Source: Desulfosudaceae bacterium
Lineage (GTDB): Bacteria; Desulfobacterota; Desulfobacteria; Desulfobacterales; Desulfosudaceae
Assembly (NCBI GenBank): GCA_963674745.2
Contig: CAXXDV010000001.1
Location: 288,001 to 352,000 of the forward strand
DNA: 64,000 bases
Reading direction: 5' to 3'
Both the position numbers and the translations under genes were made by a program. The stretch's first letter is position 1. Every line of letters begins with the position of its first letter. The notes below the pieces were generated by a model. That model saw nothing but the letters and a program-made list of their open reading frames with translations, was not told the origin of the DNA and searched no databases. This document shows, piece by piece, positions 20,278 through 30,652 of this stretch.

Positions 20278-21135
20278 ATGGATAAGCTTACTCAGAAAAT
20301 CGGTTTTATCGGTGGCGGTAACATGGCCGAAGCCATTGCTGGGGCGCTGATCAACGCCGGCATCAGCTCCCCGGCACAATTGATGGCCAGTGACCTCAGT
20401 CCCGATCGGCAGGCATACCTGAGAAATACTTACGGCATTAATGCCGTTGCGGATAACAGCGAGGTGTTTCTTGACTGCGATGTGGTGATTCTGGCGGTCA
20501 AACCCCAGGTGATAGACGCTGTTCTGACACAACTGGGCGATCTGCTGGCTGAGAATAAGCCTCTTGATGCCAGAAAACTGATCATCTCCGTGGCCGCCGG
20601 CATTCCCATTCAAAAAATTGAAGACCGGCTGTACGCCGGAATTGATGATATGGCAGCAGCCGGGCTTCCCATTATCCGTGTCATGCCCAATACACCCGCC
20701 CTGGTAATGGCCGGCATGAGCGGCATCAGTGTTAACCGTAACGTAACCCCCGGCGACAAAGCCGTTGCCATGGCCATCCTGACTGCGATCGGCAATGTCC
20801 TGGAATTTAAAGAAGATGATCTTAACGCGGTCACGGCGGTATCCGGTTCTGGCCCGGCTTACGTGTTTTACCTGATTGAAGCCATGATTGAAGCCGGCGT
20901 TTCCCTGGGACTTTCGGAATCCGACGCTTCCGCCCTGACCCTGCAGACGGTCAAGGGCGCCGTGAAGCTGCTTGAGGAGCGGCAGGAGCCCCCGCAGGAA
21001 TTACGCCGCAAGGTCACGTCTCCCGGAGGGACAACCGAGGCTGCCATTTCGGTCCTGGACGACGAAAAAGTCAAAAAACATATTATCGCCGCCTTGACGG
21101 CGGCCTGCCGTCGGGCACATGAACTCAGCGGCTGA
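20278..21135 (+). CDS. proC: Pyrroline-5-carboxylate reductase
   Basis: IGFIGGGNMA, LAVKPQ, RVMPNTP, SGSGPAY, VTSPGGTT. Confidence 0.97.
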   Translation: MDKLTQKIGFIGGGNMAEAIAGALINAGISSPAQLMASDLSPDRQAYLRNTYGINAVADNSEVFLDCDVVILAVKPQVIDAVLTQLGDLLAENKPLDARKLIISVAAGIPIQKIEDRLYAGIDDMAAAGLPIIRVMPNTPALVMAGMSGISVNRNVTPGDKAVAMAILTAIGNVLEFKEDDLNAVTAVSGSGPAYVFYLIEAMIEAGVSLGLSESDASALTLQTVKGAVKLLEERQEPPQELRRKVTSPGGTTEAAISVLDDEKVKKHIIAALTAACRRAHELSG

Positions 21136-21186
21136 TCCGCAGTCATCAGCTTACATTTTCCGCCGGCAGCGAAAAGGAAAAATTTA

Positions 21187-21891
21187 GTGTTTGGAGATAC
21201 CGTTACAATGTCGGCCGCTTTTGGCGCCGGCCTGCTTTCTTTTCTGACACCCTGTGTGTTCCCTTTGATTCCGGTCTATTTTACTTTAATTACCGGCCTG
21301 TCTTTAGAGGACCTGACCACTGAAACCCGGGCCCAGCTTCGACTGAAGGTGTTCATTTCAACCCTGGCCTTTGTCCTGGGTTTTTCAACCATTTTTGTTC
21401 TTCTGGGCGGTCTGGCCTCATTTCTGGGTGGTCATATTGTTAAATATCGTATGGGGCTGCAAATCACAGGCGGTATCCTGATCATTGTGCTTGGCGTCCA
21501 TCTGACCGGTATTATTCGTCTTCCCTGGCTTGAAACCGAAAAGCGGCTACAGATCAAAAAAAGCAAGGTCCACTTTCTTGAAGCCGTGATCGGGGCCTTC
21601 ATCGCGGGTATGGCTTTTTCAGCCGGCTGGACCCCCTGCATCGGTCCCATCCTGGGGTCCATCCTGATCGTTGCCGGCAACGAGACCACCGTTTTAAGGG
21701 GCATGTTGCTGCTGTCCGTATTTTCAGCCGGCCTTGCCCTCCCATTTCTATTACTATCCGTTTTTATTGATTTTTTACTTGAAGTCATCAAGAGAGGCCG
21801 CCGTGTGATCCAATTTATCAACCCCGTGGCAGGGGCCTTAATGATTGCCGTGGGGTTATATTTACTCATCGGTGTTTTAAAAACCATCTAA
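21187..21891 (+). CDS. ccdA: CcdA/DsbD-beta disulfide transport membrane protein
   Basis: SFLTPCVFPLIP and WTPCIGPILG; about six TM segments. Confidence 0.93.
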   Translation: MFGDTVTMSAAFGAGLLSFLTPCVFPLIPVYFTLITGLSLEDLTTETRAQLRLKVFISTLAFVLGFSTIFVLLGGLASFLGGHIVKYRMGLQITGGILIIVLGVHLTGIIRLPWLETEKRLQIKKSKVHFLEAVIGAFIAGMAFSAGWTPCIGPILGSILIVAGNETTVLRGMLLLSVFSAGLALPFLLLSVFIDFLLEVIKRGRRVIQFINPVAGALMIAVGLYLLIGVLKTI

Positions 21892-21908
21892 ACGCGATTG
21901 GATTTGAT

Positions 21909-22373
21909 ATGCAGTATTCAATATTTTACCGTTGTCTGTGCACCCTGCTGACATGTGTTCTTTTGTTCTGTATTAGCGGGGCTGATTCTGCTGCGGCCGA
22001 ACAGAAAGAATCAACCGCCGGCCTCAAAACCATTGAGTGGTTGTCTTATGAAAACGGACTGGCCCGGGCCAAAGCGCAAAACAAAAAAACGTTTATCTAT
22101 TTTTATACCGGCAGATGCCCTTACTGCACCATGATGGAGAAAAAAACACTTTCTGACGAAAGTGTGATTGCGCTTTTGAAAGAAAAATTTGCCTGCGTCA
22201 GGGTAAATCTGAACGAATCACCGTCACTGGGCGCCATATACCCGGTCAGTGGTGTACCCACAGCATGGTTTCTGGAGAGCAACGGCAATAAAATCGGCGG
22301 CCGCCCCGGATTCATCCCGGCGAAAAATTTTCTTGAAATGCTGAATTTCATCATTGATGAAAAATACAAATAA
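21909..22373 (+). CDS. Periplasmic thioredoxin-like protein (SoxW-like)
   Basis: Signal peptide, CPYC, cis-Pro GVPT; follows ccdA. Confidence 0.87.
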   Translation: MQYSIFYRCLCTLLTCVLLFCISGADSAAAEQKESTAGLKTIEWLSYENGLARAKAQNKKTFIYFYTGRCPYCTMMEKKTLSDESVIALLKEKFACVRVNLNESPSLGAIYPVSGVPTAWFLESNGNKIGGRPGFIPAKNFLEMLNFIIDEKYK

Positions 22374-22379
22374 CGGATC

Positions 22380-22979
22380 ATGTTGAAAATTGAAAAGCCG
22401 ACAATTAAAAGAGCCCTCCGGTCAACAAGTGGTCCACCGGCACCGTCATGGGCCCATCGGCCGGCAAGTGTCTCTCTGTTATTATTCGGTGAAGAAACAA
22501 CCCATATTCTGGCGATTTTAAAGGCCGATAACCAGGGATACGTCTGGCGGAATCAGATCGCCTTACCCGGCGGGCGAATAGAGGAAGACGATCCGGACGC
22601 ACTGTCCACGGCTGTCCGTGAATTAAAAGAAGAGCTGAATATCTCTGCGGAAAATGTGGAATACATCGGTTCCATGGGACATTTTGTGACCCTGCAGGAC
22701 ACGGTTATCGAAGTTTTTGTGGGCATCTGGAACCAGCGGGACACAATCTACTTTGACTCCCGTGAAATATCTAAAGTCCTTGAGATTCCTTTGGAATCAA
22801 TTGTCAGCACGCACCTTGACAAACAGTTGAACGGTCGTCTCCCGGCCATGGAAGAGTTGCTCTATCCCTTCGAGGGCATGGTCGTCTGGGGCGTTACCGC
22901 AAAAATTCTGCATCATTTTATCGAGCGGTTGTATCCCGAGCTGAACATCTCAACTGCACGGAACGTGGTTGACGGCTGA
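22380..22979 (+). CDS. Nudix hydrolase, CoA pyrophosphatase (NudL-like)
   Basis: QIALPGG...TAVRELKEEL Nudix box; VWGVTA. Confidence 0.88.
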   Translation: MLKIEKPTIKRALRSTSGPPAPSWAHRPASVSLLLFGEETTHILAILKADNQGYVWRNQIALPGGRIEEDDPDALSTAVRELKEELNISAENVEYIGSMGHFVTLQDTVIEVFVGIWNQRDTIYFDSREISKVLEIPLESIVSTHLDKQLNGRLPAMEELLYPFEGMVVWGVTAKILHHFIERLYPELNISTARNVVDG

Positions 22980-23185
22980 TTTAACATGAAGGGTCAAGCG
23001 TTCGAGAGCCTGTCCCCAACAGTTTTTATCAGTGCATGCAACAGAAAAACATTTAGGAGGGCAGCCAGGCTAACCCGAATATTTCATGAATTTTTTTGAT
23101 ATTGAATTTATTATGATTACATTTCAATCTGTTATGACATATTTTATCCGTTTTGACAAAAGACAAACTGTAATTGTTGTTTTGA

Positions 23186-23340
23186 AGGAATCCGGTCAAT
23201 TTATATCAAAAAATTTCACCCTCCGGGCGAGCCGATTTCACCGCACCTGCTTTGTTGCAGCATACTCGCAGTAGTTCACTACAGCTTCACATGCTGCGCC
23301 TCGCATCTGCGGCAAACTCGACTCGTGAAATAACCGGGCT
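23186..23340. mobile_element. ~155-bp palindromic MITE/REP-like element
   Basis: Nested inverted arms CCGCACCTGC/GCATCTGCGG, GCAGCAT/ATGCTGC and GTAGT/ACTAC; imperfect termini; abuts the TAG of the 23339-23611 gene. Confidence 0.6.
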
Positions 23341-23611
23341 AAAAGGAGCGGTATTTGTCGACTACCCTTTTCAACAAGCGGACACAACTGAACGTAATCA
23401 AGACAGCGCTCATGATCAGCAACAATCTGGGTACCCAGGCATAACCGCTGAATTTCGGCACATCTTTGGCCACCTGAATCCCGACCAGGGAAAAAACCGC
23501 TGTCCCCAGAGAGAACAATGCCAGGCAGATATAGACCGCCGTGGTGTCATACCAGGCCAGAATCTGTTTTTTTTCCAGAATCAGGCCGCTTGGGCGCATG
23601 TTTAAAGCCAT
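23339..23611 (-). CDS. Small membrane protein
   Basis: Two hydrophobic segments. Confidence 0.7.
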   Translation of the reverse strand: MALNMRPSGLILEKKQILAWYDTTAVYICLALFSLGTAVFSLVGIQVAKDVPKFSGYAWVPRLLLIMSAVLITFSCVRLLKRVVDKYRSF

Positions 23612-23618
23612 GATAATC

Positions 23619-23666
23619 AGGTTTTAAAGTTTTAGCGTTTTAGGTTTTAAAGTTTTAGGTTCAGGG
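23619..23666. repeat. Degenerate 7-8-nt tandem repeat array
   Basis: ggttttaaagttttagcgttttaggttttaaagttttagg. Confidence 0.65.
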
Positions 23667-24125
23667 TTATTCAATCGTCTTGGCCATGGCGGTCTCATCA
23701 CAGTCGGGAAATTTAACGCAGGTAATACAGTCCGACCAGATTTTAATCGGCAATTCGTTCTTATCAATAACCGAAAAACCAAAGCGGGCAAAAAAATCAA
23801 CCTTGTATGTCAGCACAAAAACTTTTCTGATTTCAAATTCGCCGGCCTCAGCCATGCACTTTTCAACCAGCTGTTTGCCGATTCCCCTGCCCCAGGAATC
23901 GGCGCGGACCGCCAGTGAACGGATTTCCGCCAGGTCTTTCCAGCAGATGGCCAATGCGCAACAGCCCAACACCTTACCACCGGGCTCATCCACGTAGACC
24001 GAAAAATTCCGGATATTGTCGTAAAGTTTGGACAACGGCCGGGACAATAAATAGCCTTCTGCCGCAAAATCGGTCAGCAGGTGATAAATGGTTTCAACAT
24101 CCTTGACAGTCGCTTTTCTGATCAT
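23667..24125 (-). CDS. GNAT N-acetyltransferase (short ArgA-like N-acetylglutamate synthase)
   Basis: LAEIRSLAV...GRGIG...VFVLTY...KIWSDCITC..FPDCDE. Confidence 0.85.
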   Translation of the reverse strand: MIRKATVKDVETIYHLLTDFAAEGYLLSRPLSKLYDNIRNFSVYVDEPGGKVLGCCALAICWKDLAEIRSLAVRADSWGRGIGKQLVEKCMAEAGEFEIRKVFVLTYKVDFFARFGFSVIDKNELPIKIWSDCITCVKFPDCDETAMAKTIE

Positions 24126-24189
24126 TGTTTACCCGCCTTTTCCAGGATTTCCAAAAACACGACGAAAATTCATTCATGAAGCATCCAGA

Positions 24190-26157
24190 CTAATACGTTA
24201 TATTACCCGAAGCATGGTCCTGTCTGACTAATGAAGAGACACCCGACGCCTCATCCGAAACGGCAGCACCGGTCACAGGATCAAACCGGACCCGGATCAA
24301 TCCTTCGGGTATGTCAAATCCCTCACAACCGACCTGCCTGATCGCTTCGCCCATAAACGCCTTCCATATGGGCAATGCCGCCATGGCCCCGGTTTCATGC
24401 TTACCTAATGTAGAGTAATTGTCTGTTCCTGTCCATACCCCGACCGCTATTTCTTGTGAATAACCGATAAAAAGCGCGTCCTTACAGTTATCCGTGGTAC
24501 CGGTTTTCCCGGCCACAGGGCAGGGCAGGTCTCTCGCCCGCCGGCCGGTACCTTCCTGGATCACGGCCCTTAAGAGATCCGTCATGACAGCGGCATCAGC
24601 CGCTGAAAGCACATTTTTAGAAACCGGTCGGGCTTGCCACAGAATCCGTCCGTTACTGTCCACAACCCTGTTGACACCGTATGGTTTGATAAAATTGCCC
24701 AGCCTGGGAAAAACCGAGTAAGCAGCGGTCATTTCCAGCAGGGTTGTCTCAGAGGTTCCCAGGGCCAACGACAGATAAGGTGACAGGGGCGAAGAGACCC
24801 CCAGGTTGGTGGCAAAATCGGCCACAGAGGCCGGCCCCAGACGATTAATAACCCGGGCGGCCGGAAGATTCAGGGAATGCACCAGTGCTTCTCTTAAAGT
24901 GACTTCACTCGAGTAGGTCTTGGAAAAATTTTCAGGTTCCCAGGGCTCATTTTTAATCGCCCCCGGAAAAACCGCCGGCGTGTTTAAAATAGGGGTTGCC
25001 GGTGAAAAACCATGGCTGATGGCATAAGCGTAAAGAATCGGTTTAAAGGCTGATCCGGGTTGTCGCCTGGCGCTGGTTGCCCGATTAAAAGCTGACGCCG
25101 CGAAATCCCCGCCGCCGACCATGGCCAGGATACCACCGGTTTTTATGTCAAGGGCGACCAGGGCGGCCTGGGGTTTGTCGGACAACTGTTTCTGTTTCAT
25201 ACGTTCTGCCAGATCCATCAGCCCTTTATTCACGGCCTGTTCAGCCGCCTGCTGCAAAGGATAAGACAGCGTCGTGTAAACCGAAAGACGGCCCCGGTAT
25301 AACTGTCCGGCTCCCACGGTATTCTCCAGAAAGGGCTTGATGTATTCAATAAAATAAGACGCTTTGGCGACATTCCCGCCGGAAGGGATGCCGGTCAGGG
25401 GTTCCTTGATATATTTTTCATATTCCTTTGGGGAAATGATATTATGGCGCCTCATCTGAAGCAAAACCGTGTTCCTGCGGTCAGTCGACAGGTCTTTGTT
25501 GACCAGCGGAGAAAGACGGGACGGGGCTTGGGGCAGGCCCGCAATCAGCGCGCACTCGGCCACGGTCAACTGGTCCGGTCTTTTATTAAAAAATTTTCTG
25601 GCGGCCGCCTTTACGCCATAAGCGCCGCTGCCCAGATACACCTGGTTCAGGTACAGTTCGAGTATTTCCTCCTTGGTATAACGGCGCTCCAATTGGATAG
25701 CCAACAAGGCTTCTTTCAACTTGCGCAGCAGGTTTTTCTTACGGGTTAAAAACAATGTTTTGGCCAGCTGCTGGGTAATGGTGCTGCCGCCTTCGACAAA
25801 TTCACCGGCCGCGATATCTTTTACGGCAGCCCGCAAAATACCTTTTAAATCGATACCGCTGTGTGCGTAAAAACGGCGGTCCTCGGTAACGACCAGGGCG
25901 GAAACGAGTACCGCTGGAATCTGGTCGTAGGAAATCGGGTCTCGTTTTTCCGCATACAGCTCCGCCAGAGGGGTACCATCGCTTCCAAAAATCCGGGTTA
26001 CCCCGGAGGGGGAAAAATCCTCCAGACGTCGGATCTGGGGTAAATCATGGGCCAGTGCCAGATACACCCCGGCGGCGGCTCCGACAAAGGCGGCCGCAAC
26101 CAGTAGCGATAAAATGATCATCCGGCTTTTAAGCCGGCGTTTCCTTGATTGATCCAT
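24190..26157 (-). CDS. Class A penicillin-binding protein (PBP1A family)
   Basis: EDRRFY.H.GID and GGSTITQQLAK (transglycosylase); SAFK, SLN and KTGT (transpeptidase). Start taken at MDQSRKRR. Confidence 0.95.
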   Translation of the reverse strand: MDQSRKRRLKSRMIILSLLVAAAFVGAAAGVYLALAHDLPQIRRLEDFSPSGVTRIFGSDGTPLAELYAEKRDPISYDQIPAVLVSALVVTEDRRFYAHSGIDLKGILRAAVKDIAAGEFVEGGSTITQQLAKTLFLTRKKNLLRKLKEALLAIQLERRYTKEEILELYLNQVYLGSGAYGVKAAARKFFNKRPDQLTVAECALIAGLPQAPSRLSPLVNKDLSTDRRNTVLLQMRRHNIISPKEYEKYIKEPLTGIPSGGNVAKASYFIEYIKPFLENTVGAGQLYRGRLSVYTTLSYPLQQAAEQAVNKGLMDLAERMKQKQLSDKPQAALVALDIKTGGILAMVGGGDFAASAFNRATSARRQPGSAFKPILYAYAISHGFSPATPILNTPAVFPGAIKNEPWEPENFSKTYSSEVTLREALVHSLNLPAARVINRLGPASVADFATNLGVSSPLSPYLSLALGTSETTLLEMTAAYSVFPRLGNFIKPYGVNRVVDSNGRILWQARPVSKNVLSAADAAVMTDLLRAVIQEGTGRRARDLPCPVAGKTGTTDNCKDALFIGYSQEIAVGVWTGTDNYSTLGKHETGAMAALPIWKAFMGEAIRQVGCEGFDIPEGLIRVRFDPVTGAAVSDEASGVSSLVRQDHASGNITY

Positions 26158-26249
26158 ATCTTGGCGATTGTATACCGATAATTTGCTTGACGCGTTTATT
26201 ATATCGACTATAGGGTAATACAAACGCAAAAACAACAGGAGAAGCGCCC

Positions 26250-26519
26250 ATGAGCAGCCATCACGACCATCACCATCATCATAGCCATGATCATCATCAT
26301 GAAGAAACCGGAGAACTCTCTTTTGAGGAAAAGCTGATCAAAATCTTTGATCACTGGATCAAACACAACGAAAGCCACGCCCAGACCTACCTCGACTGGG
26401 GTGAAAAAGCCAAAGCGCACGGACGGGAAGACATCGCCGCCCTGCTGGACGATATCGCCGGGTTAAGCGACCAACTCACGGAAAAACTGCAGGCCGGCCT
26501 GAGCAAAGCCAAAAATTAA
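26250..26519 (+). CDS. Histidine-rich small protein, putative Ni/Co/Zn-binding
   Basis: 11 His in the first 17 residues, then a helical HWIKHNESHA segment; AGGAG RBS. Confidence 0.8.
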   Translation: MSSHHDHHHHHSHDHHHEETGELSFEEKLIKIFDHWIKHNESHAQTYLDWGEKAKAHGREDIAALLDDIAGLSDQLTEKLQAGLSKAKN

Positions 26520-26662
26520 GGGTATCTCTAAAAATTAGAATTTTGGTTCGAGGTCAAGGCGTACGAAAATTTTAACCAGAGGAATACATTGACGTATTTC
26601 GAGGATTAAAATTTGAGCACAACGCCGAGATCGGGCCAAAAGGCAATTTTTAGAGGTGCCCT
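26519..26662 (+). mobile_element. ~143-bp MITE-like element, copy 1
   Basis: TIRs AGGGTATCTCTAAAAATT / AATTTTTAGAGGTGCCCT; internally palindromic; near-identical inverted copy at 42771-42913. Confidence 0.85.
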
Positions 26663-26806
26663 TAAATGAAAAATGGTCTAAGCCTTCCCCCCCTGGTGCA
26701 GGCCCGGAAAGGTTCTACCGTTCCGGCGAGAAAGGTAATAGGTTCTTCTTCCAGGTAAGTCTTTTATGGCGAGAATCACTATCAATTCTTTTTTGTTTTT
26801 ATCAAA

Positions 26807-28804
26807 TTAACGGCTATGGTGATGATACAAACAATATGCCGACTGAATCAGCGACAGGCAATCATTCTCCATATCAGCGCGTATCTTTTGATACCCAAGG
26901 GTATTTTGCTCTAGCGCAATCAATTTGCCAGGAGATTGGAAACGATATAATTGAGTTGTTTTTTGATGCGGCGCGACTCTGACCGCATATTTTTTTCCAT
27001 CAATTAGCCACAATACCCCCTCAGTGTTTTGCAGCAAAGCCATCCCCTGTTCATCGGAGCGAGATAAAACACTTGATCCGAAAAAACTGTGCTCATATTT
27101 TCCGCCTAACAAATCCATAATCGTAGGCGCTATATCTGTTTGGCTGCATATTTGAGAAAGGCTTTTACCCTTCTCACCAATGATGGCAGGCGCATAAATT
27201 AAAAACGGAATATGATGGCCGGTCGGCTCGGGTCTTAAGCTTAAAAAGCCTCCGCAGTTATCTGCCGTTATGACGAATATGGTATTGTCAAAATAATTCG
27301 AATGCCGCGCTTTCTCAAAGAACTGACCAAGCGCCCAATCACCATACTGCAGCGCATTGATCTGATCGGAATGTGGATGATCCGTATACGCCGGATGAAT
27401 TTTCCCCTCCGGAACGATATAGTCCCGGTGAAACGCTAACGTTAAGAGGACTGCAAAAAACGGTTTTTTCTGCTCGGTAAAGGTTTTGTGAGCAGCCATA
27501 AACAAATCTTCATCACACCACCCCAAATGATTTCTGAATGTTTTCTCCGGAAACTTGTTTTCAAAAACAAAACTGGTAAATCCGTTGCTGGCCAGAAATG
27601 ATTGCCGGTGATCATAATACGGCTGCCCTGCGTAAACAAATATGGTGTTGTAACCCCGATCCTTAAGAATTGTACCAATGGTTAAAGTATTCCCAACGCT
27701 TGCCTCTCTTATCGTTATACTTGGACCGTGCAAATCCGGAAAACCGGCAATAAGGCCGCTGAATGACCGTGTTGTACGGGTGCCGACGGAAAAACAATTA
27801 TTCATAAACAGACTATGACTGGCCAATCGGTTAAGATTGGGGGTTAACTTCTGCATTTTACCCACAGGCTCACCCACAGGCTCAATATATGACCGGCAAG
27901 TACTTTCCAAAATTATGAGCACTACATTGTAGTTTTTCCTTTCCCGGCCGGTATCTGTCATCCGCCATAATGGGTTACCGTTCCGGTTTACGAATTGATC
28001 TTGAGGGGTTTGCAATATTTTTTTGACTTGGTTAAAGGCCATGTCTTCCTGCGGCAAACGATAATAAAACTGATCAATATCCCAATTGCTGATAATGTTG
28101 GACCAAAAGGCCTCCCTGAACGCAAATATGCCGTTTAATGTCAACTGAGCCAATAGGTTGGACTGGCTGAAATATGCCGGTCCTGTATTTATGGGCATGG
28201 GCCCGAGGGTGCCGCGGATGCCGATAAAGAGCATGATATTTATTGTCAGAAAGCCGACAAGGTTAACTACCCATGAGGGCGGAAGGTCCGGCGGTAGAAT
28301 TATTTTTTTATAAAAAAAGACGCTAAGTCCGCAAAATGTCCAAAAACATCCGATGAGAATGGGAATTATATAAAAATCATGAACGAGAATTTTGATAATA
28401 TAATCATAATGAAAATATTGAATCACATTGCCGTTTAATCTGGAGCCGAACTCAAGAAAGAAAAAATAATCTGCGATGCAAACAAATAATACCATTACGA
28501 GTATAAATCCGGCATAGGCAGCTATTAGTGACCTGAATAGCGGATGGCGATCAAAAGACGGCGGAATAAAAAGAAAAACAAGAGATATGGGAGCAAGCAG
28601 CATAGCGGCTACCACCAAATCAAAACGCATCCCTACGATAAAGGATGTAATTATTCCTGACATATCACAATCGTAAAAATTCTCCCACGCACTGAGATAA
28701 ACAGCCATGCGCTGCAAAAAAAATAAGGTCATCAGAACAACGAAAAGTAGTATAATTATTTCATATCTAATATGTTTTACATGTCGCCATATCCAGTGCA
28801 TCAC
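26807..28804 (-). CDS. LTA synthase / sulfatase-fold membrane phosphotransferase
   Basis: N-terminal TM bundle with GMRFDL; NVVLIILES, LTPNL, TRT, TADN, HIPFLIY; visibly AT-rich. Confidence 0.88.
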   Translation of the reverse strand: MMHWIWRHVKHIRYEIIILLFVVLMTLFFLQRMAVYLSAWENFYDCDMSGIITSFIVGMRFDLVVAAMLLAPISLVFLFIPPSFDRHPLFRSLIAAYAGFILVMVLFVCIADYFFFLEFGSRLNGNVIQYFHYDYIIKILVHDFYIIPILIGCFWTFCGLSVFFYKKIILPPDLPPSWVVNLVGFLTINIMLFIGIRGTLGPMPINTGPAYFSQSNLLAQLTLNGIFAFREAFWSNIISNWDIDQFYYRLPQEDMAFNQVKKILQTPQDQFVNRNGNPLWRMTDTGRERKNYNVVLIILESTCRSYIEPVGEPVGKMQKLTPNLNRLASHSLFMNNCFSVGTRTTRSFSGLIAGFPDLHGPSITIREASVGNTLTIGTILKDRGYNTIFVYAGQPYYDHRQSFLASNGFTSFVFENKFPEKTFRNHLGWCDEDLFMAAHKTFTEQKKPFFAVLLTLAFHRDYIVPEGKIHPAYTDHPHSDQINALQYGDWALGQFFEKARHSNYFDNTIFVITADNCGGFLSLRPEPTGHHIPFLIYAPAIIGEKGKSLSQICSQTDIAPTIMDLLGGKYEHSFFGSSVLSRSDEQGMALLQNTEGVLWLIDGKKYAVRVAPHQKTTQLYRFQSPGKLIALEQNTLGYQKIRADMENDCLSLIQSAYCLYHHHSR

Positions 28805-28819
28805 ATGGTCACCTTTTGC

Positions 28820-29440
28820 CTAAAATCGATATTTCACACCTGCCCCCACGATGTTCGACCCCCTGATTACGTCGTTGAATGTGCCCCACGCCCCGGAACG
28901 GTGATGAACGCGTACGATAAAGCGCCATCGGCTCCGTTCCGGCGGGGCGAATTCCAGCTCGTACATCATGTAGTTGAGCAAGTGCGATGTCTTGTCAGGC
29001 GACCTTTCCCGCTCAATGGTGGGAATGGAAGAGGCGTAGGAAATCCCTTCGCCGATAGCGAAGCTGGTGCGGACGCGGTTGTTCCACGGGAACTTCATCC
29101 AGCGGGCCACCATCAACAAATTGGTTTCGAAGTGATCCTGTTTTTTGAAATGTTGCGCTACCTGGACCTCGACCTCCAGCGCCAGCCGATCCTGCCACCA
29201 CCGTGACACCTCCCGGCTGCAGGCCACATCCAACATGTAGGCGTTGTTGAATTCAGCGGTTAAGCTGGGGATATCGGCGATTCCGCCGTCGATACCGATG
29301 CCGCCATAAACCGTCAGCGCCCACTTGCCAGGCGTCGTGGTGGCCACGGGTGCTTCAGTCTTCGTATCGACTGCGAGAGCTAAGCACGGCCATATTGTGA
29401 CCGCCAGCCAAAGGGATACTGCGACGAAAACGCTACGCAT
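28820..29440 (-). CDS. Outer-membrane beta-barrel protein (PagL/acyloxyacyl hydrolase-like)
   Basis: Signal peptide from MRSVFVAV; RVHHRSG motif; C-terminal GVKYRF barrel signature. Confidence 0.65.
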   Translation of the reverse strand: MRSVFVAVSLWLAVTIWPCLALAVDTKTEAPVATTTPGKWALTVYGGIGIDGGIADIPSLTAEFNNAYMLDVACSREVSRWWQDRLALEVEVQVAQHFKKQDHFETNLLMVARWMKFPWNNRVRTSFAIGEGISYASSIPTIERERSPDKTSHLLNYMMYELEFAPPERSRWRFIVRVHHRSGAWGTFNDVIRGSNIVGAGVKYRF

Positions 29441-29608
29441 TTGTTTCTCCTGGGGCGACGGGCTGAAAAAACGCCAAGGGTTGATAAGGACCGCTTGTTT
29501 TTGATTCTCGACTCGTATCATTTGATATGCAAAAATATTGAAGAATTTATGCCACAAGAGGCGATGGGCATTGGCTGTTAATACCGCACATAACTTTTTA
29601 CGAGATCA

Positions 29609-30628
29609 TCAGTATTGAAATGAGAAACTGATTGACCCGTACACCTCCGGATCGGGCTGGGTATCAAAAGACTTTGTCCTGACCACATAGGCGAAAACCG
29701 TTTTCGTTCTTTTTACCACCAGGCCGATACCACCCGTAAATATACCGACCAGCGGTTTCTTATCCACGCTGTGGCTGTCTCGAAAGGTATTTCCGTCAAG
29801 GAAAATATTATGAAAAACCAACTGACTGCCGGCGGACAGAAAAAAATGGGCTCCGAAACGATCTTTATTCAGACGACAGCTCGCCTGCCTGAGTTCGGCA
29901 TTAAAACAGGTTGCCGGTTGAATGGGAAAATTTCCGCAATCAAAGGGAATATTCCATCCATACCGGCCCATAATTCCGGCGTTTAAGTATGTCTGCGACG
30001 TGCCCAGTCCGCCGCCGGCATTTACAACAACATCCCCCCCGAACCCAATGTTGATATTCTTTTGAAAAATTTTCCTTTTGTAATCATAAATCAAACAGAA
30101 CACCGGCTCATCTTCCAGCTGGTTATCCCACCCATTTATTTCATCATTGTTCAGCAGCGCATGAGTCTCAGTCTGAATTTGTTCGGCATAGGAATGAGGG
30201 CCAACGATTCCCAAGCAAAGCCCCAGCGTATACATCCGATACTCTAGTTTTCTGTGAAAGCCGATTTCAACATATGTCACCCCGGCATAAGGCCGGTCAT
30301 CCCGGATCAGGTCAGATGATTCTACATCTCTTGGCGTATAGATATTCTGGCCCACGGAGAAGGTCAGCGCTTTTTCTGCGTCAGGGTCGTCAAATCCCAA
30401 ACGCCGGACAACCGGATAAAACCAGTGGTGAATCCAGGCGTCATCCGGCAGTTCGGCCAGGCCATAACGGCTCCAGGTCAGCTTCAACCCGTTGGTGTAC
30501 TGATCATCATCACCGGCAAACACATCGTTTTCGACATATAGGCTGAATGTCCGGAAATCATGGTCCTGGCAGACAGGCTCAGCATACAAGTCAGCCGGCA
30601 TTATCCAGAATGCACAAATGGCCAACAA
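29609..30628 (-). CDS. Lipid A deacylase LpxR family protein
   Basis: ENDVF...QYTNG, GQNIYTP, DRPYAG, GWDNQL, NIFLDGNTF; aromatic C-terminus. Confidence 0.88.
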   Translation of the reverse strand: MLAICAFWIMPADLYAEPVCQDHDFRTFSLYVENDVFAGDDDQYTNGLKLTWSRYGLAELPDDAWIHHWFYPVVRRLGFDDPDAEKALTFSVGQNIYTPRDVESSDLIRDDRPYAGVTYVEIGFHRKLEYRMYTLGLCLGIVGPHSYAEQIQTETHALLNNDEINGWDNQLEDEPVFCLIYDYKRKIFQKNINIGFGGDVVVNAGGGLGTSQTYLNAGIMGRYGWNIPFDCGNFPIQPATCFNAELRQASCRLNKDRFGAHFFLSAGSQLVFHNIFLDGNTFRDSHSVDKKPLVGIFTGGIGLVVKRTKTVFAYVVRTKSFDTQPDPEVYGSISFSFQY

Positions 30629-30652
30629 TGTTATGAATAGATGAACGCCGAT

